From NCBI GenBank assembly GCA_035084275.1, contig CM068742.1:128340001-128404000 (forward strand): a DNA stretch of 64,000 bases, read 5' to 3'. The translations under genes and the position numbers were made by a program. Under the pieces are notes generated by a model. It was not told the origin of the DNA. It saw nothing but the letters and a program-made list of their open reading frames with translations, and did not search any database. This document shows positions 39,815 to 51,832 of the stretch, one piece after another (within the stretch, counting starts at the first letter, position 1; every line of letters starts with the position of its first letter). The stretch comes from Hydrolagus colliei. Lineage: Eukaryota.

Positions 39815-40138
39815 AGAGTCCTGTAGCTCAGTGGTTAAAGCACTCACCTTACAAGTGTGAGACCTGTGTTCGAATCCTGGCAGGTCAGGGCAAAACCTTG
39901 GCCAAGTTTTCTTACTCCACACGCCTAATAATAAGCCCGCAAAAAAACACACAATAATAATAAAATTGGTCATTTCAATCCACGACTGTTTGTGGGACAC
40001 TGCTGTGCACAATTGGCTGCCACTTTTCACCCAAAAATGTACAGTCAATTCACTTTACAGTATATTCTGTGAATTGCTTTGAGACGCCTAGAAGATGTGA
40101 AAAGTGCAATATCAAAAAGCAAGGATTATTATTATTAT
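39815..40138 (+). mobile_element. SINE, short form, near-consensus (inverted tail fragment at 39680-39790)
   Basis: GAGTCCTGTAGCTCAGTGGTTAAAGC..GTTCGAATCC..tail. Confidence 0.93.
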
Positions 40139-40194
40139 ATTATTAATTATTCAATAATGAATCCATTATTCTTAAACTGTTAGTCAAAGACATC

Positions 40195-41150
40195 TACAAT
40201 TCAGAAGAAGACAAGGAGGCTATTCAACCTGTCAAGTATTCATCAGCTCTTCGACCAAGCTGTCTATTTAATGTCACTGCTCTGCCCTATTCCCACATCC
40301 CTTCAAACCTCTAACTTTTATACATTGTCTCCTTCTTTCTTAAAATTTCAAATGGAATCTGCAACAACCACTTTAGTTGGCAGGGAAATCCATGTCTTGA
40401 AAATTCTCTGTGTGAAAATATCCTAAGCTTTTTTCTTCTCTTTTTGCGATTATCTGATGTTTATGCTCCATTGTCATTGACTCTGCTACCACTGGAAATA
40501 GCTTCTCCTTATCGACCCTGTCAAAACCCCTCATAATTTTGTACTCCCCTCTCAGATCCCACCCAATCTTCTCTGCTCCAATACAAACAATTTCTCCAGT
40601 CTCTCCTCATAACTGTAGCCCCTCATCCTTGAGATTATACCCTTTCAATCCATGACTGTTTGAGGGATACTGCTGTGCGCAATTGGCTTGTGCATTTCAG
40701 CCACAAATATACAGTCAATTCACTGTACAGCATATTCTGTGAAAATTAGAAGATATGAAAAGCACTATATAAAATGCAAGGATTATTATTATTATGCCTG
40801 TATGCCTCCATGCATCCCTTTGAAGGCCTTAACCTGCTTCCTTAAATGATGATGCTCAAAACGGAACATACTACCGTTGTGGACTAACCAATGATTTGTG
40901 CAAACTTAGTATTATTGCTTTACTTTTGTACACTATGCCACCACGTATAACATGCAGAATATCATTAGCTTTAATCACAGTCCTTCCCACTTGCACTGCA
41001 GCTCTCAGGGACTTATGCATCTACACTCCCCAGATCTTTGCTGATCTACGCCTTGCAAGAAACTACCATTTAACAAAAATGAATTACCTCACATTCTGCT
41101 TCACTTAACTTCATCTGCCACTGATCAGCCATGGCTCTCATCCATTTAAG
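40195..41150 (-). mobile_element. Old CR1 3' part, with a SINE 3' half inserted at 40644-40795 (+)
   Basis: GGAGGCTATTCAACC..GTCAAAACCCCTCATAATTTTG..CTCTCCTCATAACT..AACTTCATCTGCCAC. Confidence 0.75.
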
Positions 41151-41589
41151 TCCTTCTTGCACTATTGCTCATTATGGCTTCAAAGCTACATTTATTGACA
41201 AAGCCATATTCAGTAAAATCTCTAAGCCTGACCAGTAACACAGTAACACAGCCTGGTGGTCAGGATGAATACAAATCTATCTAGAGTACATAAAGCACTT
41301 TCTTTCATATCTGCAAACTGCAGCCATTCACATATAATGAGTTTAAACTTAGTCAATTTGATAGAATATTTAAGTCAGACAAGAACACTGAGTTATCAAG
41401 ATGCCCAGCTTAGACTGCCTTCACATCCTGCAAGTGATGTTTGAGATGGATTTGCCAAATTCTTGACAGTATAAAATTCTACGTTTTTAAAAAAGAGAGA
41501 GTAAATCACGACACAAATGAAATTTTTTCCCAAGAGCTCTGCCAGCCTTTAAAGATGGGTTATAGCAGCAGCACTGATGATGATGTTGA

Positions 41590-42110
41590 GCACTCTCAAT
41601 CCTCCCCTATCAACCACTCCATCCTCCTATAGATTCCCAATCTTCCTGGATGTGCCCTCACCTGGTTCGACTCTTACCTTTCTCACTATCTCCACTTTCT
41701 TGCCACCAATTACTTTCCTCTAGCCCCTGCATCCCACTCCTGCCCTGTCCTTGGTCCCCCGCAGACATGGGGTTAACTTTCACATGTGAGTAAATGACAC
41801 CTAACTCTATCTTTCTGCATCTGCACCTCAATTCCAGGACCACTGCAGTCTGACAGACTTCTTGTAGATATCAAGCCCTGGATGGGAGCTATCTTGGTAC
41901 AGTTGAATGTCAACAAGATCGATGTGCTCCTCATTGGCTCAGGCCAGCAGCTTCACACTTTGGGCACTGGCAGCATCAATTTCCATGGTAGCACCTTCCA
42001 CCTCACCAAGCTAGTCAGGAACCCAGCTGTCTTCTTCAATCCTCAACTGTCTTTCCTTCCCCACATACAAGCCATAATCCAATCATCTTCAACCCAATCT
42101 CCCCCATCTT
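41590..42110 (+). mobile_element. L2 RT fragment, degraded
   Basis: VQLNVNKIDVLLIGS..KLVRNPAVFFNPQLSFLPHIQ. Confidence 0.8.
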
Positions 42111-43271
42111 GATACTTTAAAATGTGCCAGAGCATTTGCCTACGAAATACACATGCACGACATATTTGATGTAACTTTGAAAGTGCTTCACATATTATTG
42201 CTGCCAAATGGGGTATTTTAATAGTAATAAAAATAATCATTGCATTTGATACAGCGCCTTATTGTGCCATTAAGATAATCTCAAAATGTTTCACAGACTA
42301 CTGTAAAATATATAGAAATTTACTGTATATTTTGTGCAAATGTAACAGATAATTAAATACAACAATGTCACAGCCATGGATTAAATGATTAATTTGTCTA
42401 GAGGATTGTTGACCAGGATCTTGTACAAAATTAATTTCTCGTTTGAATAGTGACATGGGATCTGTAACTTTCAATTCTAATAATCCTTGGAATTTGATTG
42501 TGACTTTGCATTGGGAGGACATCTCAAAGCACTTCACAGGAATTTACTGTGAAGTGTAGTGAAATTGCAGGTTCTCAAAAAGATTGTGTGGGGAAAGGGG
42601 GGATTTTGAAACATACTGAGCTAACTGCATCTGGAGAAACCACCCATGGGTGCACATTCTTTATGATCTCAGTCAGGAGCTGTCTGTTGATGCATGCAAT
42701 AAATTAGAGGAATTAGAAATGTGTCAGTTTGAGCCTAAAGCGTCCGTGGTTGATCCTGATTCCCTTCCGTGTAAACTCTGTGTTTTAGCAAGATACTGTA
42801 ATAGGAACCAGTTTTATGCTTGATTCATATTATGAGCTAAAAGATATACTCAGAATCGAAACAAATCAAGCTTCTGATGATGTTAGGATCTACAAGAGCA
42901 AAGTAAACAGTGTAGCCTGCATTGATACTCTACCGCATGATTTATATTGTGTTTCAAGGACACTCTACTTTTACTGAATATTACAAGCAAACAAAATAGT
43001 TTGCTACATCTTATGTAATGATACCTATTACTCATCTAGATTTATGAGCCATATATTGTGTATCACCGTGTACTTGAAGGACTAAATGCAATATTTACAA
43101 AACCCAATTCATTGTGTTAATTGTAACACATGCTGTGCGTTTTTGTTTATTTTCTCGACTGGAATAAAATACTTGAAAACCTGGAATAAAGTCATGGAAA
43201 GGAAATAGCAGCCCTTTTATCAGCTTTCGGGTTTTTTGAATTTCAAAATTGTAAAATAGAAACCAGGAGTT

Positions 43272-43510
43272 ATAATAATAATCCTTGCATTTGATATTGT
43301 GCCTTATGATTTCATTGAGATTCACAAAGTACTTTGCAGAATATACTGGAAAGCGAATTGAATATATTGTCCCCAAATGAGCACAGCAGTGTCCCACAAA
43401 CAGTCGTGGATTGAGTGACCAAAGTATGATTTGTTTTTAACAGATTCTTGCCCCCAGAAAGTGATCTGCCAATTAACTAACAACAAGGTTGCTACTTACT
43501 ACTTGGTGAA
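43272..43510 (-). mobile_element. SINE, long form, head missing
   Basis: Tail..CAGTGTCCCACAAACAGTCG..AACTAACAACAAGGTTGCTACTTACT. Confidence 0.75.
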
Positions 43511-43846
43511 TAGTTAAACTTAAATGCAACAAATCTCTATTTTTGAACATTGTACATTTTAATCCCCACTACCAATAAACAGAATATATTTGCAATTTTT
43601 TTTTTAAAAAGCACAAAACACTATAAAGTATATCTGGATACCACTGGATCTCTCATCTTGTTCACCAGGAAATAACATGATCCCATTTTTTAAAAATGGT
43701 TATTTGCAGCCCAGATGTGCTACATGCTTTTTCGTGTTAACACACGTTTCTAAGGCTAAGAGGAACTTACAGTGATGTTGTATTACACTTACAATTCGAA
43801 TATGATTCTGATGTCACACATTGATTCATGTTTTCATTACTAAGTA

Positions 43847-44210
43847 GGAGCTCCTGTGGCTTAGTGGTTAGAGCGCTTGTCTTGCAAGCTGGAGAGACCA
43901 AGCTGGGGAGACTTATGTTCGAATCCAGGCAGGTCAGGGAGAAACCTTGGGCAAGTTTCCTTACTCCACACGCCAAATAATAATCCGTCCCCCCAAAAAA
44001 TACAATAATAAAATTGGTAATTTCAATCCACGTCTGTGTGTGGGACACTGCTGTGCGCAATTGGCTGCCGCAATTCACCCACAAATATACAGTATATATA
44101 CCCAGAACTATACCGTATATATATCAACTCACTTTACAGTATATTCTGTGAAGTGCTTTGGGACGTCGATAAGATGTGAAAAGCACTATATGAAATGCAA
44201 GGATTTTTAA
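43847..44210 (+). mobile_element. SINE, short form, with small internal duplications
   Basis: CAAGCTGGAGAGAC-CAAGCTGGGGAGAC duplication in the head; about 30 bp of AT-rich extra sequence near 44095. Confidence 0.9.
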
Positions 44211-44541
44211 AATTATTATTATTTAGCATTGCTAATCAGGTGTCATAGTAGACAGATTAACCTCATCTTTGAGTACCCGTTGACCTATCATTAGTAGTTG
44301 CTGAAGCATAATCTCGAACCTTTGGGAAAACATCATGTCATCCATAATTTCCCCTTTTAAGTAAATTATACTGTGACCCAAATCGCTGCTTTTTCCTAAT
44401 AATTAGCCTTTTCTCCAGTTAAAGAGGCAAGTTGAACATTTTAATTCTCAGACAAATCAACAAAGTGGGAGTCAGGATTATCACAATTGGTACTCAGTGA
44501 CCTTTGACAGCAGTTCACAAATCTGTTGTCAGTCCTTCATA

Positions 44542-44865
44542 ATTCATAGATTCATAGAATTTTACGGCACAAAAAGAGGCCATTCGGCCCATCTAGTCTG
44601 TGCCGGCTCTTTGAAAAGAGCGATTCAATCCCACTGCCCTGCCCGCTCCCCATAGCCTAATAGACCTGTTCTCCCTAAATAAAGATCTAATTCCCTTTTA
44701 AAAGTTGTTATCGAATCAGCCTCCACCACCTTTTCAGGCAATGCATTCCAGATTCAAACAACTCGCTGAGTGAAAAAATTTCTCCTCAGCTCCCCTCTAC
44801 TTCGCCTTGAAACTATTTTAAATCTGTGACCACGAGTCACAGATTCACCCACGAGTGGAAATAGT
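44542..44865 (-). mobile_element. Young CR1 3' end
   Basis: ATTCATAGATTCATAGAAT tail; nearly identical to the reverse complement of 54923-55243. Confidence 0.95.
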
Positions 44866-45054
44866 TTGCTCACATCATTCCAGACAGACATGGATTGACT
44901 TCCCTAGATAAGAGATAGATTGTTGCATGCTCTGCTAATTTGTCACTAACACTGGCCTGGCTATGGAATAGCCAGGGCTAAACACCAGGCATCTGTTATA
45001 GAAGCATTAAAAATACTCATTAGATCTACGTCACCACATATGCAAACTGTAAGG

Positions 45055-45430
45055 TATAACCCTTGCATTTTCCTTGCCTTTGATATCATGCTCTATCAAA
45101 GTACTCTCAAAGTACTTTGGTGAATACACAGTAAAGTGGTTTGACTGTATTTTGTGCGGATGAAACACGGTAGCCAGTTGCAGACAATCAGCCATAGAAT
45201 AAGTGACCAATTTTATTTGGAAGATTATTGGCCAGGAAACTGGGAGAATTTCCATTCACTTTTCGAATTGTGCCATGGGACCATTAAAACCCACCTAAAA
45301 AGGCAAACGGGACCTCGGTTTAACGTCTCATCCAAAGGATGGCACCTCAAAAAGCGCATGACATCCCCAGCACTACATGGAAGTGGCAGCTTAGACTATG
45401 TGATTGCAAGTCCTGAAATGGAATTGCAAA
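45055..45430 (-). mobile_element. Old DeuSINE
   Basis: TTCGAATTGTGCCATGGGA..GGGACCTCGGTTTAACGTCTCATCCAAAGGATGGCACCTC. Confidence 0.8.
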
Positions 45431-47799
45431 TGGAAACTATTTTCTGGTTAGGTTTTATAAATAGAGGAGGATCCCGCTATTACACTCAACTTTGGATACA
45501 TATAACGGTCTTCCTTCTCATAGAAAATGATTTATTGGCAAACATTCCTGAGTATCAAGCTTCATGATGATGTTCTGTGAGAATTCCTCACCTGCAGTTT
45601 GGTCACTGAATGCACAAAGCAATTATTTTCCTCTTTGTGAAGTTCTATGATAATCAACATTTCTATTCTCCCCTCTGGACCTTGGTCCACTAAAGGATAT
45701 CCACTAAAGGATCTCAGCACAAATTGATATCACCACAATCAACTAACATTTGTTGATTTCTTCTGAGGTAAACCAATTGGATATAGCACCCCGGCATTAG
45801 GGCGGGTACAAATCAATACAATAAAAAAATGAATACAACAAATTTGCATGTTTATGGATTTAAAAGCAGTGTCTGTAGATGTAAGAACATGATTTCTGCC
45901 TTAATTGAATAGCTTGCTTAATTACCAGACACACATATTGAGAATAGGCACTTGATAGAGTTAGTGGGGTTGTCAATGTCTGTGATAAACTATCCCGACT
46001 AGTTAGCTGTGACATTGGCTTTCTACTTTACAATTCAATGTTGATTACATTAATCTTCACAATTTGCAAATAGCATTTCAAGAAACGATTATAAATCTAG
46101 GGTTACCAGAAAATAAGTGCTATTTTTTTTCCATTTTATTTAATCTTATACAGAACTGACTTCTATATTCTTCTCAGGCAACTTGACGTTGATAACTAAA
46201 TCTTCTCAGGATTTCAATTGTGGCACCATGCTAATTCCAGCAAACACTTAATGTGCCAATTTTACTAGACAATGTATTTGCAGATCTGTATTTGTGATAT
46301 ACAATACAATGCATAGATTTTCCTGCAAATTGTATGCTTTTGAAAATATTATATATTTAATGAAATGAAATGATGAGCACTTCTGACCTAAATGTGAATT
46401 GCTTTATTGCTGTACAGGTGTAATTTTGTTGTTGTTGTTGTTGTTGTTTTTAAACGCTGGCAGCCTGCTCTTATATTCTTGATATACCAGTAGTTTGTCC
46501 TTCTGATGTCACACATTTATATTGAGGTATATATTTACCCATGCCAATGTGAGTGCAAAATATGAACTTTTCACCAACAATATTCAGTCATTGTGTTTTA
46601 AAGCATATCTTGTGGAACGCTTTGAGATATCCTCCTGAAGTGAAAGATGTTATGCCACATGTAACGAATATCAAACAGAAACATTACAGGATTATTTACG
46701 TCTTTAATGATTGATTGCCATAAACATCAAATTCATAGATTTTTGACAATTGTTTTGTTTCAATTGCTGCATTCCTGTCTTTCCCACTTATATTTTGTGA
46801 TCTTAAGTGTGGGTATTCTGGAGGTAAGAGATTCGATGGACTAAAGAGCGTTTTTCATCCAGACTAATCATGTGATAAGCTTTGGTTCTTCAGTTATTGT
46901 TTTTCCCTATTTTCTCTGCTCTTTTGAAGGCAAGTATCAGGGTGAGACAATTTTCTATTGGTCCCGACTGTCCTTCAGTGCCTCTACCAAGCAATTATTC
47001 TGTTAGCCTAGATAATGACAGCCAACAGTCTGTTCATCCATGGAGAATTCACAACTCAGTCTGATCCTGCTCTTGTCAGACTTTCATATATGCAATCTCT
47101 GGGTTGTGATTTGGACTGCACACCTTGCTTACTTTTCATCTTTCTAACTCAGGGTCACCGAGACCATTATAGCACCCCTATCACCAACTCAACAAAGATC
47201 TGTGTTAACTCCACACACACAAACCAAGCATTCCCAGGAATTATGTCACTTGGATTCACATTTGGGAATGCATCTACCTAACTATGCCATTGGGTATGCT
47301 GGAAAGGAACTTTTTACAATCCATTTCCATCCTTTACCCTGAGGCACACTGTAAGCATCCAGTGCATAACATAAACATACTCATCATTTATGTATCAACT
47401 TATGAGATAAATTCTACCACCTTTTGAGTGTGTTAATATCCGATAGCTTAGTCAGAGCAAAAGGTGGCTCTTGATCACTCTCGGTCTGGCAACAATGTTT
47501 GAACAGTTGTGCTGATGTGATGCCGTCCTTCACTGATCAAAAATAATTTGATTAGGCAACTGCTTACTGGTGGAAGTCATCGGTTGGCGGAAATATATTA
47601 TCTATTATTATATATACAGTACTAATAAAACAACAATGTAATTCTGCAATTCAAGAAGGATCTAAATAACAGATTGGCATTTAGACATGATTTATACTTC
47701 ATCGGAAATGTCTTGTACCTGGGAGTGACATGGATACATGTGTTTTCAGGTATCTCCTATCGTTCATGAGTTATTTTTAGTTTTGCTGCATTTACATCA

Positions 47800-47980
47800 G
47801 GTGGCCGCCGAGTCATAGTGGTGCTGTGGCATTGTACACCGCGTGTGTGTGCACGTACTGCAGTTACACATGGTGGTGACGTCAGCTGACCGTGGAACTG
47901 TGGCATCCCATGTCACAGAGCACGCATGTAGCCAAGCGGCGGGAACAAAATAAAGACCACAGGCAAAGCAAAGCTGCGGC
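47800..47980. promoter_or_regulatory. Small CpG-rich unique segment with overlapping CRE and E-box
   Basis: About 10 CpG in 180 bp; TGACGTCA 47877-47884 overlapping palindromic GTCAGCTGAC 47881-47890. Confidence 0.3.
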
Positions 47981-48059
47981 AACAACAACAAAATTACATT
48001 TTTAAAGCACCGAGTCTTCCCACCAAGTCTTCCCGAAAGGAATCCTCCCATTGAGTCCT

Positions 48060-48285
48060 CACAGGGGCAGGGGTGAATTGTAATAAAATAGGCAAACCAG
48101 AGAGAGAAAAGCTATGTTTGTGCTCCCAGATGATGTAGTAATGGTCACAGAGAACAGAGTGGGAGGGGGTGGTTGAGCTATTGTGGTCTGAAATTGTTGA
48201 AATCAATATTGAGGCTGAAGGGCTGTAAGGTCCCTAGCAGATAGATGAAGTGTTGTTCCTTGACTCACTTTCCTTTCTCCGTATA
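48060..48285 (-). mobile_element. Penelope-like element remnant: GIY-YIG endonuclease C-terminus plus 3' region, joined to an inverted pLTR stub
   Basis: Minus strand 48261-48178 translates KEQHFIYLLGTLQPFSLNIDFNNFRPQ*, matching the PLE C-terminal motif EQ..I..LGTL.P.GLN; 48260-48280 is identical to 28596-28616. Confidence 0.8.
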
Positions 48286-48663
48286 TCTATTAATATGCAC
48301 AGAAAATAAAATAATAAAGAAAAGTCTTGGTTCCCCCAAGGAAATGAGCAATTTCCCTGTATGAAATGCAGCTTTAGTATACTGCTGAGCCCTGCTGTTT
48401 TTGTCAGGATATCAGAATAGACCAGATTTTGTATTCCATTTAGATCCACAGGAAACTTGGGTTGAAAAGAACATTTATAATGCTTCCTTATGACTACCTC
48501 TGTTATGTATGATGGCTAGATTACCCGCAGAATACTGCAATAACAGATAAGAAATATTCACTGTATAAAGGTAATGTAATATGTATTACAAATGGCATGG
48601 AGGATAACATTTTAAATTATTTATCCACTTATTTTTGGTTTTATTCGTAATTGCTGATTCATG

Positions 48664-48912
48664 TGATAATAATAATCCTGGCATTTGATATAGCACTTTT
48701 CATGGCTTCTAGAAGTCTCAAAGTGCTTCACAGAATATATTGTAAAGTGAATTGACTCTACAATTTGTGGGCGAAACACGACAGCCAATCGCGCACAGCA
48801 GTGTCCCACAAACAGCCGTGGATTGAAATGACCAATTTATTGTGATTTGTATTCAGGGATTATTATCAGGTTTGTGGAGTAACAAAACTCGCCCAAGTTT
48901 TCATCCTGCTGC
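48664..48912 (-). mobile_element. SINE, short form, head missing
   Basis: Tail through CAAAACTCGCCCAAG. Confidence 0.85.
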
Positions 48913-49404
48913 GATTCTTCCACCATAAACTCTGAATGTTCAATGGTATTCATAATTGCTGTGCACATACTGAGTACTCACAAAACACAGTCACTACACT
49001 GTACAGTATATTCTGTGAAGTGTGTTGAAATATACTCCTAACGTGAAAGGCACTACACAAAATGTCAGGATTACTATAATAGTATACCAAATATTTATTA
49101 GTTTATTTGTTGATCATGATGCAGTGGAGAAGACTGCTCAGTTATAGTGTACAGCCGCTTGGGATGTCCGCCTGACGTGAAAGGCCCTATCCTTACGTGT
49201 AATTTGTAGTTGTTGCTGCTCAAAACAGAAAATTGCTTGGAGTGATATTTAAGTAAGTAATGCAAGAAATATAATCACTGAGAGTACAGCTTTACATAAT
49301 TTAAATTCTGTAAAAACAGAAAATTACCCAGAGAAAAAGTTGAGACAAGCAAATCGAGCAAATTAAAATAAAGTCACATTTCAGCTACTTTTATTATCTT
49401 TCAG

Positions 49405-49472
49405 CGCAGACTCAGTTCCTGGAAAACTAATGATGAGTTTGAATGATACAAAGTGCCATGTTGTTGGCGTAG
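49405..49472 (+). other. Weak candidate exon (68 nt)
   Basis: TTTTATTATCTTTCAG| ... TAG|GTATGC; one open frame (ADSVPGKLMMSLNDTKCHVVGV); TGCATG overlaps the donor. Confidence 0.15.
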
Positions 49473-49980
49473 GTATGCATGCTGTTGCATATGCAATCAG
49501 ATATCTGGTGGAATGATGTTCATGCAAAAGTTCTCCTGGTTTTCACAAATATGTTTTTTTCATACAAGGTGATAGTGCTAATAGTAAACAGTTCATACAT
49601 TGGCATGGTGCTTCACATCATGAAATATCTCAATACAATTCACAGCATAAACTGCAAAGTGCGGTGATTATGTATTTTGCAGGTGAGGGTGCTGTTATAC
49701 AAGCAAGTAGTCTCATATCTTATGGCAAGGCAGGTACATATATTTTATTGTCATACAAACCTTATCCTTACATTAGTATTTATTATATGTATAAAGGTAC
49801 TATTACAGCAGTGAAGTCACATATGCTACTGAAATAACAATGCTTTTACACTTACCAAAGATACAGTTCAAAAGAATCACATGTTCAGGTTTGTGAAAGC
49901 AAGTTAGAGCAGACAAGAAATATTTATTTGCACATCAAGTAATTAACAGCTAGAACAAACCAGCAAAGGTGTTAAAGGTC

Positions 49981-50264
49981 AGCATGTTAGACTGAAACAA
50001 AAACAAAAGTTGCTGGGGAAACTCAGCAGGTCAGGCAGCATCCATGGAAAAAGAGTCAACGTTTCAGGTCTACAACCTGTCCTTAAGAAACCTCTCCCTC
50101 CAAACAAGCCCCAGTTCTGACGAAGGGTTGCAGACCTGAAACGTTGACTCTTTTTCCTTTCTCCATGGATGCTGCTTGACCTGCTGAGATTCCCCAGCAA
50201 CTTTTGTTTTTGTTTCAGATTCCCAGCATCTGTAGTATTTTGTGTCTTGAGCATGTTAGACTGA
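49981..50264 (+). mobile_element. Penelope-like element terminal fold-back with 15-bp TSD
   Basis: AGCATGTTAGACTGA at 49981-49995 and 50250-50264; inverted arms about 49992-50077 and 50126-50218; about 30-nt unpaired 3' extension. Confidence 0.92.
50113..50149 (+). ncRNA. Minimal type I hammerhead ribozyme (PLE type)
   Basis: Stem I AGUU(50113-16)/GACU(50146-49); core CUGACGA(50117-23); stem II GGGU/ACCU; GAAA(50138-41); palindromic CG stem III; UU cleavage predicted after 50145. Confidence 0.7.
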
Positions 50265-50417
50265 TTCATTTAAGAAACAACTTCATGCTGTTGCATAAAG
50301 GTTGGATATGTATTCAGGAAGGATAGGATCACAAGGGCCTTCTTCACCTGAAATTCTCTCAGAATGTTGTGGGCTCAAGCCCCATTTCGGGCCTGTGATC
50401 TCATATATTGAGATCAC

Positions 50418-50715
50418 ACTGTAGCTCTGTGGTTAGAGCACTTGCCTTGCAAGAGAAAAACCTGTGTTCAGTTCCAAGCAGGGTGAAACCATAGGCAAGT
50501 TTTCTTACTCCACACACCTGATAATAATCCCTCAAAAAAAAATTATTAGTCACTTCAATCCACAACTGTTCGTGAGACACTTCTGTGTGCAATTGGCTGT
50601 CGTGTTTCACCCACAAAATATGCAGTCAATTCACTTTATAATTTATTCTGTGAAGCGCTTTGAGATGTTCAGAAGACATGAAAAGCACTATATAAAATAC
50701 AAGGATTATTATTAT
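50418..50715 (+). mobile_element. SINE, short form
   Basis: CTGTAGCTCTGTGGTTAGAGCACTTGCCTTGCAAG..tail. Confidence 0.88.
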
Positions 50716-50744
50716 ATTCTAAGTTAACACTTAAATGAAGTGGT

Positions 50745-51030
50745 GGGGGTACGTTTGATTGTCGGAGGTGCTCCTTCAAATGAGACGTAAAAGTGAGTCA
50801 CTGTCAGCCTTTTCAAGTGAATATTAATGTTCCCATGGCTCTATTGCAATACAGAAGGAATTTCTTCCAATCATCCTCCTAATAAAATGCGTCATTCACT
50901 TCAAGGCTGTTTGCGGGATCCTGTGTAAAGTCTCTAAAATACAGTTATTACACTGTACATTAAAATCTTGTGAAGCACTTTTGAGTTGCCTTGGCAACGT
51001 GATGAAGTGCTGTAACAAATTCAAGGGTTT
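50745..51030 (+). mobile_element. Old DeuSINE
   Basis: TTGTCGGAGGTGCTCCTTCAAATGAGACGTAAAA..TCCCATGGCTCTATT..GGCTGTTTGCGGGATC. Confidence 0.7.
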
Positions 51031-51775
51031 TATTTGAACCTTATATTATTAGATTATACTTAACCATTGCTGTGTGATTCTATTAAACTTTCTAATTCAG
51101 GAGGACATTTTAAACTGGATAATTTCATATTTTAAACAAATCCGCTGCAAACAGCAGGTGCACAGGCATTTATACTCAATATTTGTGGCAGAGATTTGAT
51201 GGTCAATGCTAGTCAAATAGTTTGAGTTTGGAATGTGCTTGGTAATATGTTATTTCTGAGTGCAAATGGTTGTAGTATTCAGAGCCACTGAATATGCTTA
51301 CAAATGGTGAAAGTACAGCAACATAGAAAGCATGAACAATGAGGAGACTTGGAATTTAGAAATTCTACGTAGAATGAATTGCAAGCAACTGTTTTCAGAC
51401 TTGTCATTTATATTTGCTCACAGTCAGAGCTCTGTTACACCAAAACACTGCAATAATTCAGCTCAAAGTCAAAAATGTGGGAGTAAAATGTGTAAGGAAA
51501 GCAGAGTGTGTAAATAAAGTGACAGAACATCTGAGGTGCCGTCTGGAGTATGGCTCATTTTTAGCCTTGTTATTATACCCACCGTAAGGTTCTTGCTATT
51601 CTTATGGATACCTGAACACAATGTGTATCAAGCAGCTGAACCGACAGTCTGAAGCACAGCTGTATTTATTTATTTTAATAACTGGCCTTTATATTAGCCA
51701 AATTTGTGTTGTATAAACCTTCCAGCCAATAATTCAGTGACCTGACAGTGTGCTTTCTTTTTAATGTGTGCATAG

Positions 51776-51832
51776 AACATGTGGTTGTTGAGAGATGGCA
51801 GCACTGGGATATTGAACTTCAACCACTCTCAG
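51776..51832 (+). other. Candidate 57-nt symmetric exon
   Basis: CTTTCTTTTTAATGTGTGCATAG| ... CAG|GTAAGG; open in two frames (NMWLLRDGSTGILNFNHSQ or xHVVVERWQHWDIELQPLS). Confidence 0.25.

Noticed and set aside
39815-39890. tRNA gene-like sequence (also heads at 4194, 14715, 37035, 60253, 61290-61366)
   Set aside because: These are SINE heads: they continue into SINE body and tail and lack a matching 3' acceptor stem.
45154-45567. 137-aa ORF
   Set aside because: Antisense read-through of a DeuSINE.
45564-45610. ATGATGA...CTGA with a weak terminal stem
   Set aside because: Too short (about 46 nt) for a C/D snoRNA.
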